A stretch of 64,000 bases of DNA, from positions 265,098 through 329,097 of the forward strand of contig CAWALK010000022.1 of the NCBI GenBank assembly GCA_963782915.1, in the 5' to 3' direction. Below are positions 33,533 to 45,459 of this stretch, piece by piece. Every line of letters starts with the position of its first letter. Position 1 is the stretch's first letter. This DNA comes from an uncultured archaeon (lineage in GTDB: Archaea; Thermoproteota; Bathyarchaeia; Bathyarchaeales; Bathycorpusculaceae). The translations under genes were made by a program, and so were the position numbers. The notes beneath the pieces were generated by a model that saw nothing but the letters and a program-made list of their open reading frames with translations, made no database searches and was not told the origin of the DNA.

Positions 33533-34081
33533 TTGAGAATAATTTTCAAGCTTCTATTTTCGAATCTCGATGGTAGCGAAACCAGCTTCAGCTTCCACTG
33601 TGACGTTAACCCCGCCAACAAAAGCAGCTTAATATTTAACCAGAAAGGGGTGCCTCTTTGCGCAGCCAATCTTACCGTCGGCGACAGTGTACCCACGGAC
33701 GAGACCATCATAGATGAAACCGTAAACAGGCCTTATGCGAGCGGTTTTCGGGAGACTAATCATGCCTTCTGGAACAGTTCAACTGATTGGGGTGACATCT
33801 ACTTTGACGGGGAGACGGGGATGCTTGTTGAGCTCCATCGGACACATCGGTTTGTAGGTAACAGCAGCGAAGAAACTGTGGACAAGACAGACGTCATTAT
33901 AATAACTGGTACTAACCGCTGGCAAGTAACCGCCGTTGAGCAGCAGCCGTTTACACCTCTTTTCATCGCCTTAACCATTGGCATTTTCGCGTTGCTTGTA
34001 TTCATTGTGTTAATCAGCAGGTTTGTTACCAGAAAAACCCGCAATCGCCAACTCGGCAGACAGGCAGCAAATTACAAATAA
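33533..34081 (+). pseudogene. Probably 5'-truncated membrane-anchored hypothetical protein
   Basis: YFDGETGMLVE motif and a C-terminal TM, but no signal peptide; preceded by an AT-rich ORF-less tract. Confidence 0.45.
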
Positions 34082-34121
34082 ATAGACCACCCATACTTTT
34101 TGGTTAAGGCGAAGTAGCGTT

Positions 34122-35664
34122 ATGACTGATGTCGTGTTTGTCTTTGAAGTCCATCAGCCCCACAGGCTAAGACGGAACCTGTTTTGGGAAGGAAAAGTGT
34201 TTAGGCGCCAAACCAAAGAGGAGCTATTCAACTACTATTTTGATAATGAAGTTGACCGCGAAATCTTCAAGCGTGCAGCACGTAAATGCTATTTCCCCTC
34301 AAACCAAATAATCCTTGACGCCATAGACAGGCACAAACATGAGAAAAAACAAGCCAAATTCTCCTTCAGCTTATCAGGTGTCTACATAGAGCAGTGTGAA
34401 ATGTTCGATAAGGACCTGCTTGAAACCTTCCGCCAACTCGCCGCGACAGGACGCGTAGAGTTCCTAGAGCAAACATACTACCACTCAATCGCTGGCCTCT
34501 ACCCAGAAAAAGAAGAATTCATTGCCCAAGTCAAAATGCACAAGCAAATCCTAAAGGACCTACTCGGTTACACCCCAACAATTTTTGAGAACACCGAACT
34601 CCTCTATAACAACACCATCGCCAAAACAGTCGAGAGCATGGGCTACAAGGGCATCTATACTGAAGGCGTCGAAAAAATATTGGGCGAAAAATCCCCCAAC
34701 TTTCTCTACACCCCAAAAGGTGCCAAAAAAATCAAGGTACTCCTGCGCAACTACAAATTAACCGACGACATCGGCTTCCGTTTTTCAGCAAGATGGTGGC
34801 CTGAGTGGCCCTTAACTGCACCCAAATATGCAGGTTGGCTAGCGACAACCAAGGGCGAATGCATCAACATATTTCCCGACTACGAAACTTTCGGGGAACA
34901 TCACTGGCCAGAAACAGGTATCCATAGCTTCCTCCAGCATCTCCCAGATGAGATTCTGAAATTCGATCATTTGCGGATGGTTACACCCTCAGAAGTTGTT
35001 GAAAAACATGCGTCTGAAGGTGAAATCGATGTGCCTGAGGCGAAGGGAACGGTTTCTTGGGCGGATGTTCAAAGAGACCAATCGGGTTGGCTTGGCAACG
35101 TTATGCAGTGGGCATATTATACCACGTTGCGTAGGTTGGAACCGCTGGTTTTGGAGGCTGAAGACAGCGAGTTTTTGCGGTTATGGCGTGATTTCCAAAC
35201 AAGCGATCACCTCTACTACATGTTTACTGCAGGCGGAGGACCTGGCGAAGTTCACTCTTACTTTAGCCCATACGAATCACCTATGGATGCTTTTGTGGCT
35301 GCGCAGACGCTACTTAACGATTTTGAAGCTCGGTTGCGACTTGCGATTTTAACTGCGAATGAGCCCTTCTTATTCCACACCAATGTAGGCAAAGAATACT
35401 TCACAGGCATGATGGCTTGGAGTCTAAAGGGCTTCATAAAAGCGCTCAAAGAGGTTGATTTAGACGCTGTTGAGTTTCATATTGGCAACGGCGATTTTGA
35501 AAGCTGGACAAAATATTCCCTCAAAGACCCCATATTAGCTAGGCAGCATTAGCGCTCTTAAGGAACAGAAAGGCGAGAAACTGCGTCAAGCTCTCATTGA
35601 AGTCACGAAGAAACGGTTCATTACACAGAGCAAGCAGGTGATGGGTGCCACCCAGCTTTCATAA
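34122..35664 (+). CDS. GH57 alpha-amylase-like protein with C-terminal DUF5752-like domain (frameshift near 3' end)
   Basis: FEVHQP, QTYYHS, ENTEL, DYETFGEH, QTSDHLYYM; EFHIGNGDFESW. Confidence 0.92.
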
Positions 35665-35725
35665 TCCTCTCATATGCCTTTATAAACTAAATTGCGGTAC
35701 TCTTTGGTAGTACGGTGCATTTGAT

Positions 35726-35977
35726 ATGAGAGAAGAGCTTCCGTTTCCAGACAAGGTTTTGCAGACGCTTCACAATTTATGTGCCACCGCAGCTGATTTA
35801 GCTAGACGCGGAGAAGAAGTGGCTCGGTTACTGCAGAAGGATCCAAGTGAAATCGAGAGTATACTTGACCGCTACAAGTCTGAAGGATTCGCTGAAAGCT
35901 TCTATGATAACGAAGGCAAGAAACGTTATTATCTCAACGGACGAGGAATAATTAAAGTCTGCTCGCTCTTTACGTAG
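35726..35977 (+). CDS. Small winged-helix protein
   Basis: 83 aa; KKRYYLNGRG wing. Confidence 0.6.
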   Translation: MREELPFPDKVLQTLHNLCATAADLARRGEEVARLLQKDPSEIESILDRYKSEGFAESFYDNEGKKRYYLNGRGIIKVCSLFT

Positions 35978-35984
35978 TGAAAGC

Positions 35985-36614
35985 ATGCGTGCCATCGTTT
36001 TTTCTTGGGAGTATCCGCCTCGGGTGGTAGGACAACTTTCTGGATACGTCAAAGCATTAACGACGGAGCTTGCAAGTAACAAAGTGGATGTTAACGTTGT
36101 TACGTATGATGACCGAGTAACGGGCGAAACAACAGAGCCAAGCGGCGTCAAAACTGTAAGAGTAAACAATCCCGTAAAAACCCACATTGGCGTACTAACT
36201 TGGGTACTCACACTAAATCAGGAAGTAGAGCGTGCTGCAGCCAACATTTACTATAACAGCCATAAAAAAATTGATTTAATAGACGTTTTTGACTGGCACT
36301 TCATTCCAGCGGCAGTTACGCTCAAAAATGGGTTAGGCATCCCTTTTGTTTACTCAGTTGAAAGCTTAGAGGACCATCGGTCTCCAACAGCGAATTCATC
36401 TTACAATATGGCGATTAAAAGCATAGAGTGGCTTGGATTTTACGAAGCACAGATGGCGATCGTAAAATCTGAGTGGATGAAGGATGAAATCGTTAGAATC
36501 TATAAGGTGCCTCCAGAAAAAATCGAGGTTGTTTTAGCAGAATCTGACACCTGGATACAAGATGTCTTAGGGCTCTATGGCAAAGTCGCGGAGGCAAAGA
36601 AGAATGCCCCATAA
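35985..36614 (+). CDS. GT4/glycogen synthase N-terminal domain only
   Basis: SWEYPPRVVG, DVFDWH; ends before the C-terminal Rossmann domain. Confidence 0.8.
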   Translation: MRAIVFSWEYPPRVVGQLSGYVKALTTELASNKVDVNVVTYDDRVTGETTEPSGVKTVRVNNPVKTHIGVLTWVLTLNQEVERAAANIYYNSHKKIDLIDVFDWHFIPAAVTLKNGLGIPFVYSVESLEDHRSPTANSSYNMAIKSIEWLGFYEAQMAIVKSEWMKDEIVRIYKVPPEKIEVVLAESDTWIQDVLGLYGKVAEAKKNAP

Positions 36615-37830
36615 ACTCTCGGTTTTAATGTTGAGTTGGGAGTATCCCCCCCGAGTAATCGGAGGCATATCACCGCATATTTACTTCTTATCCAAATATT
36701 TAGCCCAGCAGAACGTGAAAGTATACGTAGTGACCTGCGATTTTCCAGGGGCACCCGCACACGAAGTCATCGACGGTGTAGAAGTATACCGCATCGATTC
36801 CTACAAGAACCCCTCGCCTGACTTTGCCACTTGGGTTTACCTCATGAACATGAACATGCAAAGAGAAACTGCTGTGTTGATGAAGAAAATCTCCGCTAAA
36901 GTCGACGTAATACATGCCCATGATTGGCTCGTAGCAAACGCGGGCATCGGGTTAAAGCACATCTTTAGAAAACCCCTTCTAGTAACCATGCATTCAACCG
37001 AAATGGGCCGACGCGACGGATTACACACCACCGCGGAAAAGATGATTCATGAAACCGAAGCCTGGCTCACCTACGAAGCTTGGAAAGTCATCTGCTGCAG
37101 CGAATACATGATCTCCCACGTTCGATATGTCTTCGGGTTACCAAACGATAAACTCGTCATGGTACCTAACGGCGTAAACACCCACAGCTACAACGGAGAC
37201 AGCGACCTCGAAACCTTCCGCGCCAAATTTGCGTTACCAGAAGAAAAAATCGTCCTATTCGTCGGCAGACTAGTATACGAAAAAGGCATTCACGTCCTCA
37301 TCAACGCCGTACCCAAAATCCTTGGCAAAGTCAACGCCAAATTCATCATTGTCGGTAGCGGCTACATGAAAGAACAACTCCTAAACATCGTGCGCAGCAT
37401 GGGTTTGGAACATAAGGTGCTCTTCGAAGGCTTCCTCGATGAAGCAACATTGCTTAAGCTGCAGAAATGCGCAGATGTGTCGGTTGTGCCCTCACTGTTT
37501 GAGCCTTTTGGCATTGTGGCGTTGGAGGCTATGGCGGCGAAAAGCCCCGTTGTTGCCTCAGACACTGGCGGCTTATCAGAAATCATCGAGCATGACGTCA
37601 CCGGCGTTAAAGTTTACCCAAACAACCCCGATTCACTGGCATGGGGCATCACCAAAATACTCCAAGATGAAGCATATGCCAAGCAAATCCGAGATAACGC
37701 CTATTTGCGTGTGCTGGAACGCTATGATTGGGAAAAGATTGCCTCAGATACTAAGCATATCTATGAGGGTGTTTTGGGTGAGTACTCGAAGAGTTTCTGG
37801 GCTAAAACAACTGAGCCGGGGAATGGGTAA
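36604..37830 (+). CDS. GT4 glycosyltransferase (glycogen synthase-like)
   Basis: SWEYPPRVIGG, HAHDW, GRLVYEKG, PSLFEPFGIVALEAMA. Confidence 0.93.
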   Translation: MPHKLSVLMLSWEYPPRVIGGISPHIYFLSKYLAQQNVKVYVVTCDFPGAPAHEVIDGVEVYRIDSYKNPSPDFATWVYLMNMNMQRETAVLMKKISAKVDVIHAHDWLVANAGIGLKHIFRKPLLVTMHSTEMGRRDGLHTTAEKMIHETEAWLTYEAWKVICCSEYMISHVRYVFGLPNDKLVMVPNGVNTHSYNGDSDLETFRAKFALPEEKIVLFVGRLVYEKGIHVLINAVPKILGKVNAKFIIVGSGYMKEQLLNIVRSMGLEHKVLFEGFLDEATLLKLQKCADVSVVPSLFEPFGIVALEAMAAKSPVVASDTGGLSEIIEHDVTGVKVYPNNPDSLAWGITKILQDEAYAKQIRDNAYLRVLERYDWEKIASDTKHIYEGVLGEYSKSFWAKTTEPGNG

Positions 37831-38015
37831 GCAACAAAAAGACTATATCCCTCGTTTACTAGTACCAGTAGTTGTCTAACAGGCAAATAAGGACATGCAA
37901 CGCTTTTCCAACGATTAACTTTTTGAAAGTATGCTTGCAATTTTAGCTCTGCTTCTAAGTATCATTAGCCATAGACACAACGTTTTAGGAGAGTAAAATT
38001 ATTTCAAGAAAAAAC

Positions 38016-40577
38016 ATGGTTCTATTTCTAACGATTTTTCTTCTTCTCAGTTCAACATTAATCTATAATTACCAAGCACAAGCATCCATTAGCGAAATAC
38101 AAATCGATTCAGTGCCAAACTTTCCCAGCCAAATGTGCGGCTCCGCATTCATGAACAACGGCACCCTCTTCGCAGGAGACAACGATTACACCCTCTTTAG
38201 AAGCGACGATAACGGCGCAACATTCAGGCAAATCTACCAGTTTCCACTGCAACCAAACCCCAACAGCGCAGTAACAGGCTACGTCTGGACAATTTTTATA
38301 GATTCAACAAACAACCTTTTCATCTCTATTCCCGGCACCAACCGAATGTATCGCAGCGCCAACTGGGGCACCTCCTTTAGACAGGTTCTAGTTACGAATG
38401 GAACCCAAAACGACGGCTTCTACATAGCCATGACTGAAGACTCACAACGCAACCTCTATGCAGCCACCTACAGCAACAGCATCTACCCACAAGGCCCAGC
38501 AGTGCTAAAAAGCACAAACGGCGGCATAAGCTGGTCGATTATACACAGGTTTGCCGCTGTACACCTCCATAACATCAAATTTAACCCCGCAAACGGCTAC
38601 CTATACGTCAACACAGGCGAATGGACCAACGGCTTCAACAACGCTGAATGCGAACGAGTTTTCCGCAGCAAAGACCTCGGCCAAACATGGAACATAGCCG
38701 TAGATCGACCCGAAGAAATGCAAGCGGAAGGCAACACTGTCTATCTTCCAATGCTGTTTAGCGGTAACTGGGTCTACTTGGGCACAGATCAAGCTTTTCA
38801 ACCCAACTGGATAGACCGCTTCTACGACGACGGCTCAAACCAACCCTTCCAAACCCAAGAAGTCTACAGTTTCCCCTCTGACAGCAACTGCCCCGTATTA
38901 TCCGGGGTTTGGCTAAACAGCATAATGCTGTTTGCTAGCACACCTGAATTCTACGATGGCACCACAAGAGTCATTGCATCCGAAGACGGCTTAAACTGGC
39001 AAGTCATAAAGGAAGCTACTCTTCCACAGTCGCTGCATCATACGAACTTTTTAACAGTTAACCCACGAGGCATGGTTTTTGGCTCTGACGGTCCAGGAGA
39101 CAACTTTGTTATCTCCGAAGGTGGCGTGCAGCCTCCTCCAACTCCAACGCCGACACCTACGCCAAGTCCGAGTCCAACGCCTACCGCAACTCCAACCCCG
39201 ACTCCAACACCAACGCCTGGTGGTTTACTATTCCAAGACGGATTTGAAAGCGGCAACTTCAACAATTGGACCGGCACAGGCGGCTCAGGAACACACACCC
39301 AAACCGTTGAAACAGCCAATCCACACCACGGCAGCTACGACGCCAAAATTACAATGGGCAGCAGCGGCGAAGGCTGGGCACAAAAAACCATAACCTCCTC
39401 ACCAGTCGTCTATCTGCAACAATACATCAAATTAGCAAACCTGCCCTCCTCCGGAAATCGCATCTACCTTGGAACTATACAGAGCAGCAACTCAAACAAT
39501 AACGTAGACGTCTTTATCGAGAACTCAGGCGGACAATACTATTGGGGTACCTACTCCTCAATCAACGGCGCTGTCTATCATGACCGCGAATCTTCGCCAA
39601 GTAACCCTCAGGCAGGCGTTTATTATTGTGTTGAAACCTGCCGCGATGTCACAAACAGCCGCAGTAAACTCTGGGTAGACGGTGCACTGAAAGTGGATGT
39701 GTCAAGACCGCATGTTGGAAACGCCAACAACATTTACAGTGGAATCAGCTATACCCCAAACAGCGCTACAGTGTACATTGATTGCGTTAAAGTATCAACG
39801 GCATACATTGAACCTGAAGGCACTGGACCAACTCCAACTCCTACTCCAACGCCAACCCCGACTCCAACGCCGACTCCAACACCACCAACACCGACGCCTA
39901 CAGCAACTCCGACACCAACGCCAACACCCACACCAACCCCCACCCCAAGCCCAACACCGACACCAACACCCGGCAGCTACTTATTCACCGCAGACTTTGA
40001 AAACGGAAGCTTCAGCGAATACTCCACCATAGTCGGCACAGGCACACATACATTTACAGTAGAAACAGCCAACCCCTACCGCGGAAGCTACAACGCCAAA
40101 TTCACTACAAGTGCCTCCTCTGAATGCTGGGCAACTCACTCCATTAGCAGCAGTGCAGTAACCTACAGTCGCCAACTCATAAAACTTGGTAATCTGCCAG
40201 CGGTGGGCGGATTCATCTGTTTAGGCAGCATCCAAAACGGTGACTCCCAAAACACAGTAGATGCCTTCGTCGCCAATCGCAATGGTCAATACTATTGGGG
40301 TGTCGTTTCAGTCATCAATGGCTTCGCCACTTGGGACATGGAATCATCACCGAGCAACCCACAAGTTGGCACTTACTATACTGTGGAGTTCATGCGAGAC
40401 GTAACCAACCACAAAACTGACCTATGGGTAAACGGCGCTTTAAAACTGGATATTACACGCAATCACATTGGCAACAGTAACGTCATCTGCACAGGCATCA
40501 CATGGACGGATGCGGCTTCAACGGTTTATGTTGACTGCGTTAGAGTTAAGACCTCATACATAGGTATGGAGCCTTAA
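38016..40577 (+). CDS. Secreted modular protein: Asp-box/BNR beta-propeller plus two repeated beta-sandwich domains joined by PT linkers
   Basis: Asp-boxes SDDNGATF, SANWGTSF, STNGGISW, SKDLGQTW; repeats starting LFQDGFESG and LFTADFENG. Confidence 0.85.
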   Translation: MVLFLTIFLLLSSTLIYNYQAQASISEIQIDSVPNFPSQMCGSAFMNNGTLFAGDNDYTLFRSDDNGATFRQIYQFPLQPNPNSAVTGYVWTIFIDSTNNLFISIPGTNRMYRSANWGTSFRQVLVTNGTQNDGFYIAMTEDSQRNLYAATYSNSIYPQGPAVLKSTNGGISWSIIHRFAAVHLHNIKFNPANGYLYVNTGEWTNGFNNAECERVFRSKDLGQTWNIAVDRPEEMQAEGNTVYLPMLFSGNWVYLGTDQAFQPNWIDRFYDDGSNQPFQTQEVYSFPSDSNCPVLSGVWLNSIMLFASTPEFYDGTTRVIASEDGLNWQVIKEATLPQSLHHTNFLTVNPRGMVFGSDGPGDNFVISEGGVQPPPTPTPTPTPSPSPTPTATPTPTPTPTPGGLLFQDGFESGNFNNWTGTGGSGTHTQTVETANPHHGSYDAKITMGSSGEGWAQKTITSSPVVYLQQYIKLANLPSSGNRIYLGTIQSSNSNNNVDVFIENSGGQYYWGTYSSINGAVYHDRESSPSNPQAGVYYCVETCRDVTNSRSKLWVDGALKVDVSRPHVGNANNIYSGISYTPNSATVYIDCVKVSTAYIEPEGTGPTPTPTPTPTPTPTPTPTPPTPTPTATPTPTPTPTPTPTPSPTPTPTPGSYLFTADFENGSFSEYSTIVGTGTHTFTVETANPYRGSYNAKFTTSASSECWATHSISSSAVTYSRQLIKLGNLPAVGGFICLGSIQNGDSQNTVDAFVANRNGQYYWGVVSVINGFATWDMESSPSNPQVGTYYTVEFMRDVTNHKTDLWVNGALKLDITRNHIGNSNVICTGITWTDAASTVYVDCVRVKTSYIGMEP
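39132..39220 (+). repeat. Pro-Thr linker coding repeat
   Basis: (CCN ACN)n. Confidence 0.9.
39826..39972 (+). repeat. Pro-Thr linker coding repeat
   Basis: (CCN ACN)n. Confidence 0.9.
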
Positions 40578-40609
40578 CCCCACTTTTCCCTTTTTGTTTT
40601 TAGTTTTGG

Positions 40610-41989
40610 CTATTTTCCGATTACCCGCATATTCTCAGCTATTACCCATGGAGCAATCATTGAGCCCATCTGCCGCTCGTTACCGCCGACTACAGTGATG
40701 TTTTTGAGTAACTCGAAGATGTTGCCTGCTAACATGACGCCCTTGCAGGGGTGGTCGATTGCGCCGTCTTTGATTTTCCAAGCGGGAGTTGCTACTACAC
40801 TGAATTCTCCGCTCACAGGGTTGCTGCTGTGTGCGCCTTGGAGGTAATAGATGATTAAGCCGTCGCCGACTTCAGATAGCATCTGTTCGCTGGTTTTGTT
40901 TTGGGGTATCACGTGGAAGTTGGTGGTGTCTATGCCGGGTGTTGAGAGGTAACCTGCTCTGGATGCGTTGCCTGTGCTTTCTTTGCCTTCTTTTTTGGCT
41001 GAGTAGTTGTCGTAGAGATAGTTTTTGAGGACTCCTTTTTCTATGACTGGGGTTTTTTGGTGTGGTACGCCTTCGCCGTCGAATACTGCGGTTCGGAGTC
41101 CGGTTGGGAATAAGCCGTCGTCATAGATGGTTAGGTTTTCTGAGGCGACTTGTTCACCGATTTTACCCTTAAAGGGTGACTGATTCCGTTGTACACTGTC
41201 GGCTTTAATTGCGCCCATCAAGGTGTATGCGAAGAGGTCTTGCAGTGCGTACTGGGTGAGAATGACTTTGGTTGTTTTGGTTTCGACCGGTTTTGGTTTA
41301 AGTGCGCTTGCTGCGAGTTTGGCTGCTTCTTTGCCTACCCATGTGGGGTCGAGGCTGTAGGTTCTTGCCGCGTTGAATTCGAAGCAGATGGGTGTAACTT
41401 CGCTGCCTGACTTTGCCAGCGCTGCTATGCTGCATTCTACGATGGTGCCTCTGTCGTATGCGACTATGCCGTTTGAGTTTGCGAGTGCGTTGGCTACGTA
41501 TCCGCTGCCGACTCCGCCCTCGATTGGGAACACACGTTTGTCCACTTCCCCTGCTGCATCCAGCATAGTGGAGGTTACTTTGACCAGGTCCTCGGGGCTG
41601 AGTTCAACGATTTTTTCATCAAAGGTTCCTTCTGTTTGGCTGTAGGGTTTCTTTTGGGGGAGTTCATGCCAGTCCGGGTCAGATTTGCTTGCCCTTGCCG
41701 CACTCAATGCGCGGGTTACGGCGCTATCGATTGCTTTTTTATCGTCTAAAATGTTGGTGTATGCGAAGCCGGTTGCTTTGTTTACAACGACACGGATGCC
41801 CAATCCGCGGTCGATTATGCGGTTAGTCTTGCTGATTTGGCCCAACTCGATTCCGATGTTAGTTGCTTGCCCCTCGTAAGTGTAAGCTTCAGCTTCAGCC
41901 GCACCCAACCGTAGGGCTGCCTTAACCGCCTCTTCTGCTAAATTGATCAGAATGTTTTTTTCAAGCACTGCCACCGACAACCACCTCAC
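40610..41989 (-). CDS. pmbA: TldE/PmbA subunit
   Basis: [28 protein letters not shown]; no HExxxH. Confidence 0.9.
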   Translation of the reverse strand: MRWLSVAVLEKNILINLAEEAVKAALRLGAAEAEAYTYEGQATNIGIELGQISKTNRIIDRGLGIRVVVNKATGFAYTNILDDKKAIDSAVTRALSAARASKSDPDWHELPQKKPYSQTEGTFDEKIVELSPEDLVKVTSTMLDAAGEVDKRVFPIEGGVGSGYVANALANSNGIVAYDRGTIVECSIAALAKSGSEVTPICFEFNAARTYSLDPTWVGKEAAKLAASALKPKPVETKTTKVILTQYALQDLFAYTLMGAIKADSVQRNQSPFKGKIGEQVASENLTIYDDGLFPTGLRTAVFDGEGVPHQKTPVIEKGVLKNYLYDNYSAKKEGKESTGNASRAGYLSTPGIDTTNFHVIPQNKTSEQMLSEVGDGLIIYYLQGAHSSNPVSGEFSVVATPAWKIKDGAIDHPCKGVMLAGNIFELLKNITVVGGNERQMGSMIAPWVIAENMRVIGK

Positions 41990-43343
41990 TTAATCGTATG
42001 TGCGGTCCACCGTCACAGATAAACGCTGTCTGACCCTTCCCACAGCGGCCCGGATCAAGAGCGAAGTCTTTGCCCACAGCATCCACCTTATGCAACGTTT
42101 CGAGTGTGTTGCCGCTGATAGAGGCGTTGCGGACTGGAGCGCCGATTTCGCCGTTAACAATCTCATAGCCTTCCTGTATGCCGACTTGGAAGGTGCCGTC
42201 TAAGCTGGCTTGGCCGCCTCGGAAGCTTTTAAAGAAGTAGCCTGTTTTGACACCTTCGAGCAGTTCTTCGAGGGTTTGATCCCTGGGTGCCATGTAGGTG
42301 CATCTCATGCGTATGATTGGTTCGACTCGGAAGTCTTCTGCTCTTGCGTTGCCTGTGGGTTCGGCATTGAATTTTTGTGCTGTATCACGGTTATGCATTA
42401 AGCCTGTGACGACGCCGTCTTTGATGAGGAGGGTTTTGTGGGTTGGGACGCCTTCGTCGTCGTATTTGAATGCGCCAAATGAGCCGGGTAGGGTGCCGTC
42501 GTCGTAGAAGGTGACGAGGTCTGAACCCAGTTTTTTGCCCATGTTGCTGGCTAACAATCCGCCGGAAAGCGCCAAATCCGCTTCTGCCAGATGACCAAAG
42601 GCTTCATGCACAAACACGCCGACCACGTTGGGGCCGAGCACAACTGGGGATTTGCCGCCTTTAGGCGACTTCGCATCCAATTGCTGCACTGCCCGAGTGG
42701 CTACTTTCTTGCCTAACTCTTCAGGGATCTGCTCATCAAATAATTCGTAGCCTGAGGTAGAGCCGATTTCTTCGCGACTAAACGTAAACACACCATTGCT
42801 CTCTGCCGAAGCGGTGATGCGTGCCCAAACATAGAGCTTATCCTGCTCGATACTGGTGCCTTCGCTGTTGACAAAGAAGCTGCTGCCCATCAAATCCATG
42901 TAGTCAACTCCGCAGCTTTTGATGCGGCTGTCAAAGGTGAGGCTGGTTTTGTTGATGGACAGTGCGGTTTTAATTTTATCCTCCATCGTGACGTCGGAGG
43001 GGTTCTTTTTGGGTTTAGCGAACACACGGTCCTCAACGGTTTTCGCTGGAGCCAGCTTTATTGGGGTTTTTAGGCGTGTGCTCGCCAGCTTAGCCATGCG
43101 GCAGGCATCCGTAACTGCTTCCTCTAAAATCTGGGCATCCAAGGAACCCACTGAAGCGAATCCCCATGCGCCATTGACTAAGACGCGGATGGCAACGCCC
43201 GATTCGATGCCCTGTTTGGCAGCTTCAACCCGCTCCTCCTTGAGCGTTAAGCTGGTTTTAGTTAACCGCTGCGCCCTAGCCTCAGCATACTGAGCTCCGA
43301 GGCCGGTGGCGGTGTTGTTGATTTTTGTTAGAAGGTCCTTCAA
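41961..43343 (-). CDS. tldD: TldD metalloprotease
   Basis: [24 protein letters not shown]. Confidence 0.93.
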   Translation of the reverse strand: MKDLLTKINNTATGLGAQYAEARAQRLTKTSLTLKEERVEAAKQGIESGVAIRVLVNGAWGFASVGSLDAQILEEAVTDACRMAKLASTRLKTPIKLAPAKTVEDRVFAKPKKNPSDVTMEDKIKTALSINKTSLTFDSRIKSCGVDYMDLMGSSFFVNSEGTSIEQDKLYVWARITASAESNGVFTFSREEIGSTSGYELFDEQIPEELGKKVATRAVQQLDAKSPKGGKSPVVLGPNVVGVFVHEAFGHLAEADLALSGGLLASNMGKKLGSDLVTFYDDGTLPGSFGAFKYDDEGVPTHKTLLIKDGVVTGLMHNRDTAQKFNAEPTGNARAEDFRVEPIIRMRCTYMAPRDQTLEELLEGVKTGYFFKSFRGGQASLDGTFQVGIQEGYEIVNGEIGAPVRNASISGNTLETLHKVDAVGKDFALDPGRCGKGQTAFICDGGPHIRLSEVVVGGSA

Positions 43344-43423
43344 AGTAATCGTCCACTAAAAATTAGGTTTCTTGTGGAACTTAAACAATACGTTAAAAAA
43401 TTGTTGTCGGTGTCTTGGCTGTT

Positions 43424-44714
43424 TTACCAGAAGTCGCTCATGCTCCGCTGTTGCACATGCGCAACCGGCGCTTTCACCTTAACTTTGAGCGGTTCGATGC
43501 CCAATGCGAGTTGTCCATAGACGCCGTCGTAGCCAGGCGTAACTTTAGCCGTGCCATCGCGCACTTTAATGACTGCCTGAGCAATCGCGGGCTCTACTAC
43601 AGATGCCATCGCATCCATTGGTGCCTCGATGAGGACGCTGTATTCGTTGCCGAAACGCTCGATAAGTGCATTGTAGGGTTTCCACACTGCTTGAATAGCA
43701 GGCGAATCGGTTCCCATAACGGCGGCGATGATTTCGGAAAGCGGCAGCAAATGCATAAAGCCGGGTGCATTTTCGCGTTTGTAGTCTGCTGGGCGGTCGG
43801 CTAGTTCTTCGACGCGTTGTTCGACGCCTTTGGTTAGTTTTCGGCGGCATACTGGGCAGTTGTTGCCGAATTTTATGGCTTCCGAGGGTGCCAGAGAGAT
43901 TTTGCAGTTGCGGTGCCCTGTCCAGTGGTATTTGCCATACGCTGGGTCGGTTTCGATGGTGGATTTGAAGCGTTCCGGGTCATTGTCGATTATGGCTGAA
44001 GTCACCTGTTTATAGGTGAAGTCGGGTAGGTCGAAGACGTTGGCTTCTCTGCCTATGCGCCATGGCCAGAAACTATGGCAGTCACTGTTAGACAGCAAGC
44101 GCATATTGGTCGAGTTTGCTTAGTCGCCAATTCATAGCTGGATCCGAAGACAACCCCGTTTCCAAAGCGTGGATATGTTTGGTCATGTCTTGGTAGCAAT
44201 CCTCAACAGCGTCAAAGCCGCTGAAGGCGCCAAAGATGCTGAACCATGGTGTCCAAGCATGCGCTGGAAAAACCATGTTGTCCTCTGATACTGCCATGAC
44301 TTCCTCGACAAGTTGTGGTGCGGTACAGTTGAGGATGGGTCTGCCATCGGAGGCTAAGTTGCCAAAGCGTTTGAGGCGTTCATTAATTTGGTCAGCCTCT
44401 TCAACGCTGGGTGTGAGTATGACGTGGTGGATTTTTTTGGAGTCGCCAGAATAGTCGAAGATTGTGCAGACTTCAGTTTGAAGCATAAACCGCACAGGCG
44501 AATCGCCGCTGACCAGTTTGAGAAGTCCCGTGTCCTGTTCGGCTGTGAGGGTTTCATTGATTTCTTTTAGCCACATAGGATGGGTGAAGTCGCCTGTTCC
44601 CACCAAGTTGAGGCCTTTGATTTTTGCGTATTTCGCGATTTCAACTATGCTCATTTGTTCGCTGGTTGCGCGGCTGTATCGGCCGTGGATATGCAGGTCA
44701 GCTATGACTCTCAA
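43424..44714 (-). CDS. Endonuclease Q-family PHP protein (frameshift ~44095)
   Basis: DLHIHGRYSRATS, GTGDFTHP, PAHAWTPWFS, ETGLSSDP, SNSDCHS, GKYHWTGHRNC, CPVC, GYDGVYG. Confidence 0.92.
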
Positions 44715-44785
44715 TGTTAGGGTTCGCCAAGCCTTAACGTGGCATCAGGGCATTTTAAGGCTTTGCTGACTCAACGCTATGAAGC

Positions 44786-45358
44786 TTAGGCAGGTTTTTG
44801 TTTTAGCTGTAGGGTCCACTGTGCGAGTGCTTCGAGCAGTTGGCGGATAAGCTGTCGAGTTGTTTCGTTGGTTACTTTTCCGTTTTCATCTATGTTGTGG
44901 GCTGCATCTGACATCATGATTTCGGGACGGTTAATGGGGTGCATGTTGAGAAAAACGAATGTTTGCCGCAGATGATATTGTGCTCTTCCACCGCCGAGCT
45001 TGCCTGTTGAGGCGCTCATTATGGCGACGGGTTTGCCTTCGAATGGGTTGCCTTCTTTGGGTCTCGATGCGCAGTCGATGGCGTTTTTGAGTACACCTGA
45101 AATGGAATAATTGTATTCAGGGGATGCGATGAGCAGGGCGTCTGCTTCTCTGATTTTATTTTTGAACTCCGTTACCTTCGAAGATGGGGTAGCTTCGAGG
45201 TCTTGATTGTAGGCTGGAATGCCGTCTAAATCGAAAACTTCTATTGAAATGTTCTGCGGTGCCACTTCAACAGCGCAGCGTACGAGGGCTTTGTTGTAGG
45301 AGCCTCTGCGAAGGCTACCCGCGAAAGCTAAAACCTTAATTTGATCCACAAAAAACAC
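44786..45358 (-). CDS. NADPH-dependent FMN reductase
   Basis: GSLRRGSYN, PEYNYSISGVLKNAID. Confidence 0.93.
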   Translation of the reverse strand: MFFVDQIKVLAFAGSLRRGSYNKALVRCAVEVAPQNISIEVFDLDGIPAYNQDLEATPSSKVTEFKNKIREADALLIASPEYNYSISGVLKNAIDCASRPKEGNPFEGKPVAIMSASTGKLGGGRAQYHLRQTFVFLNMHPINRPEIMMSDAAHNIDENGKVTNETTRQLIRQLLEALAQWTLQLKQKPA

Positions 45359-45459
45359 CAGAGCTATAACTAATTTGAAGCTACATTGCAGATTTAAACC
45401 TGATTGCTTTGCTTTGGCTGCAATATTCTTTTATTGCCGCAGTAAACCTAACTAGTTTT

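Noticed and set aside
39132-39972. Tandem repeats as a CRISPR array or VNTR
   Set aside because: They encode Pro-Thr linkers in frame, with no repeat-spacer structure.
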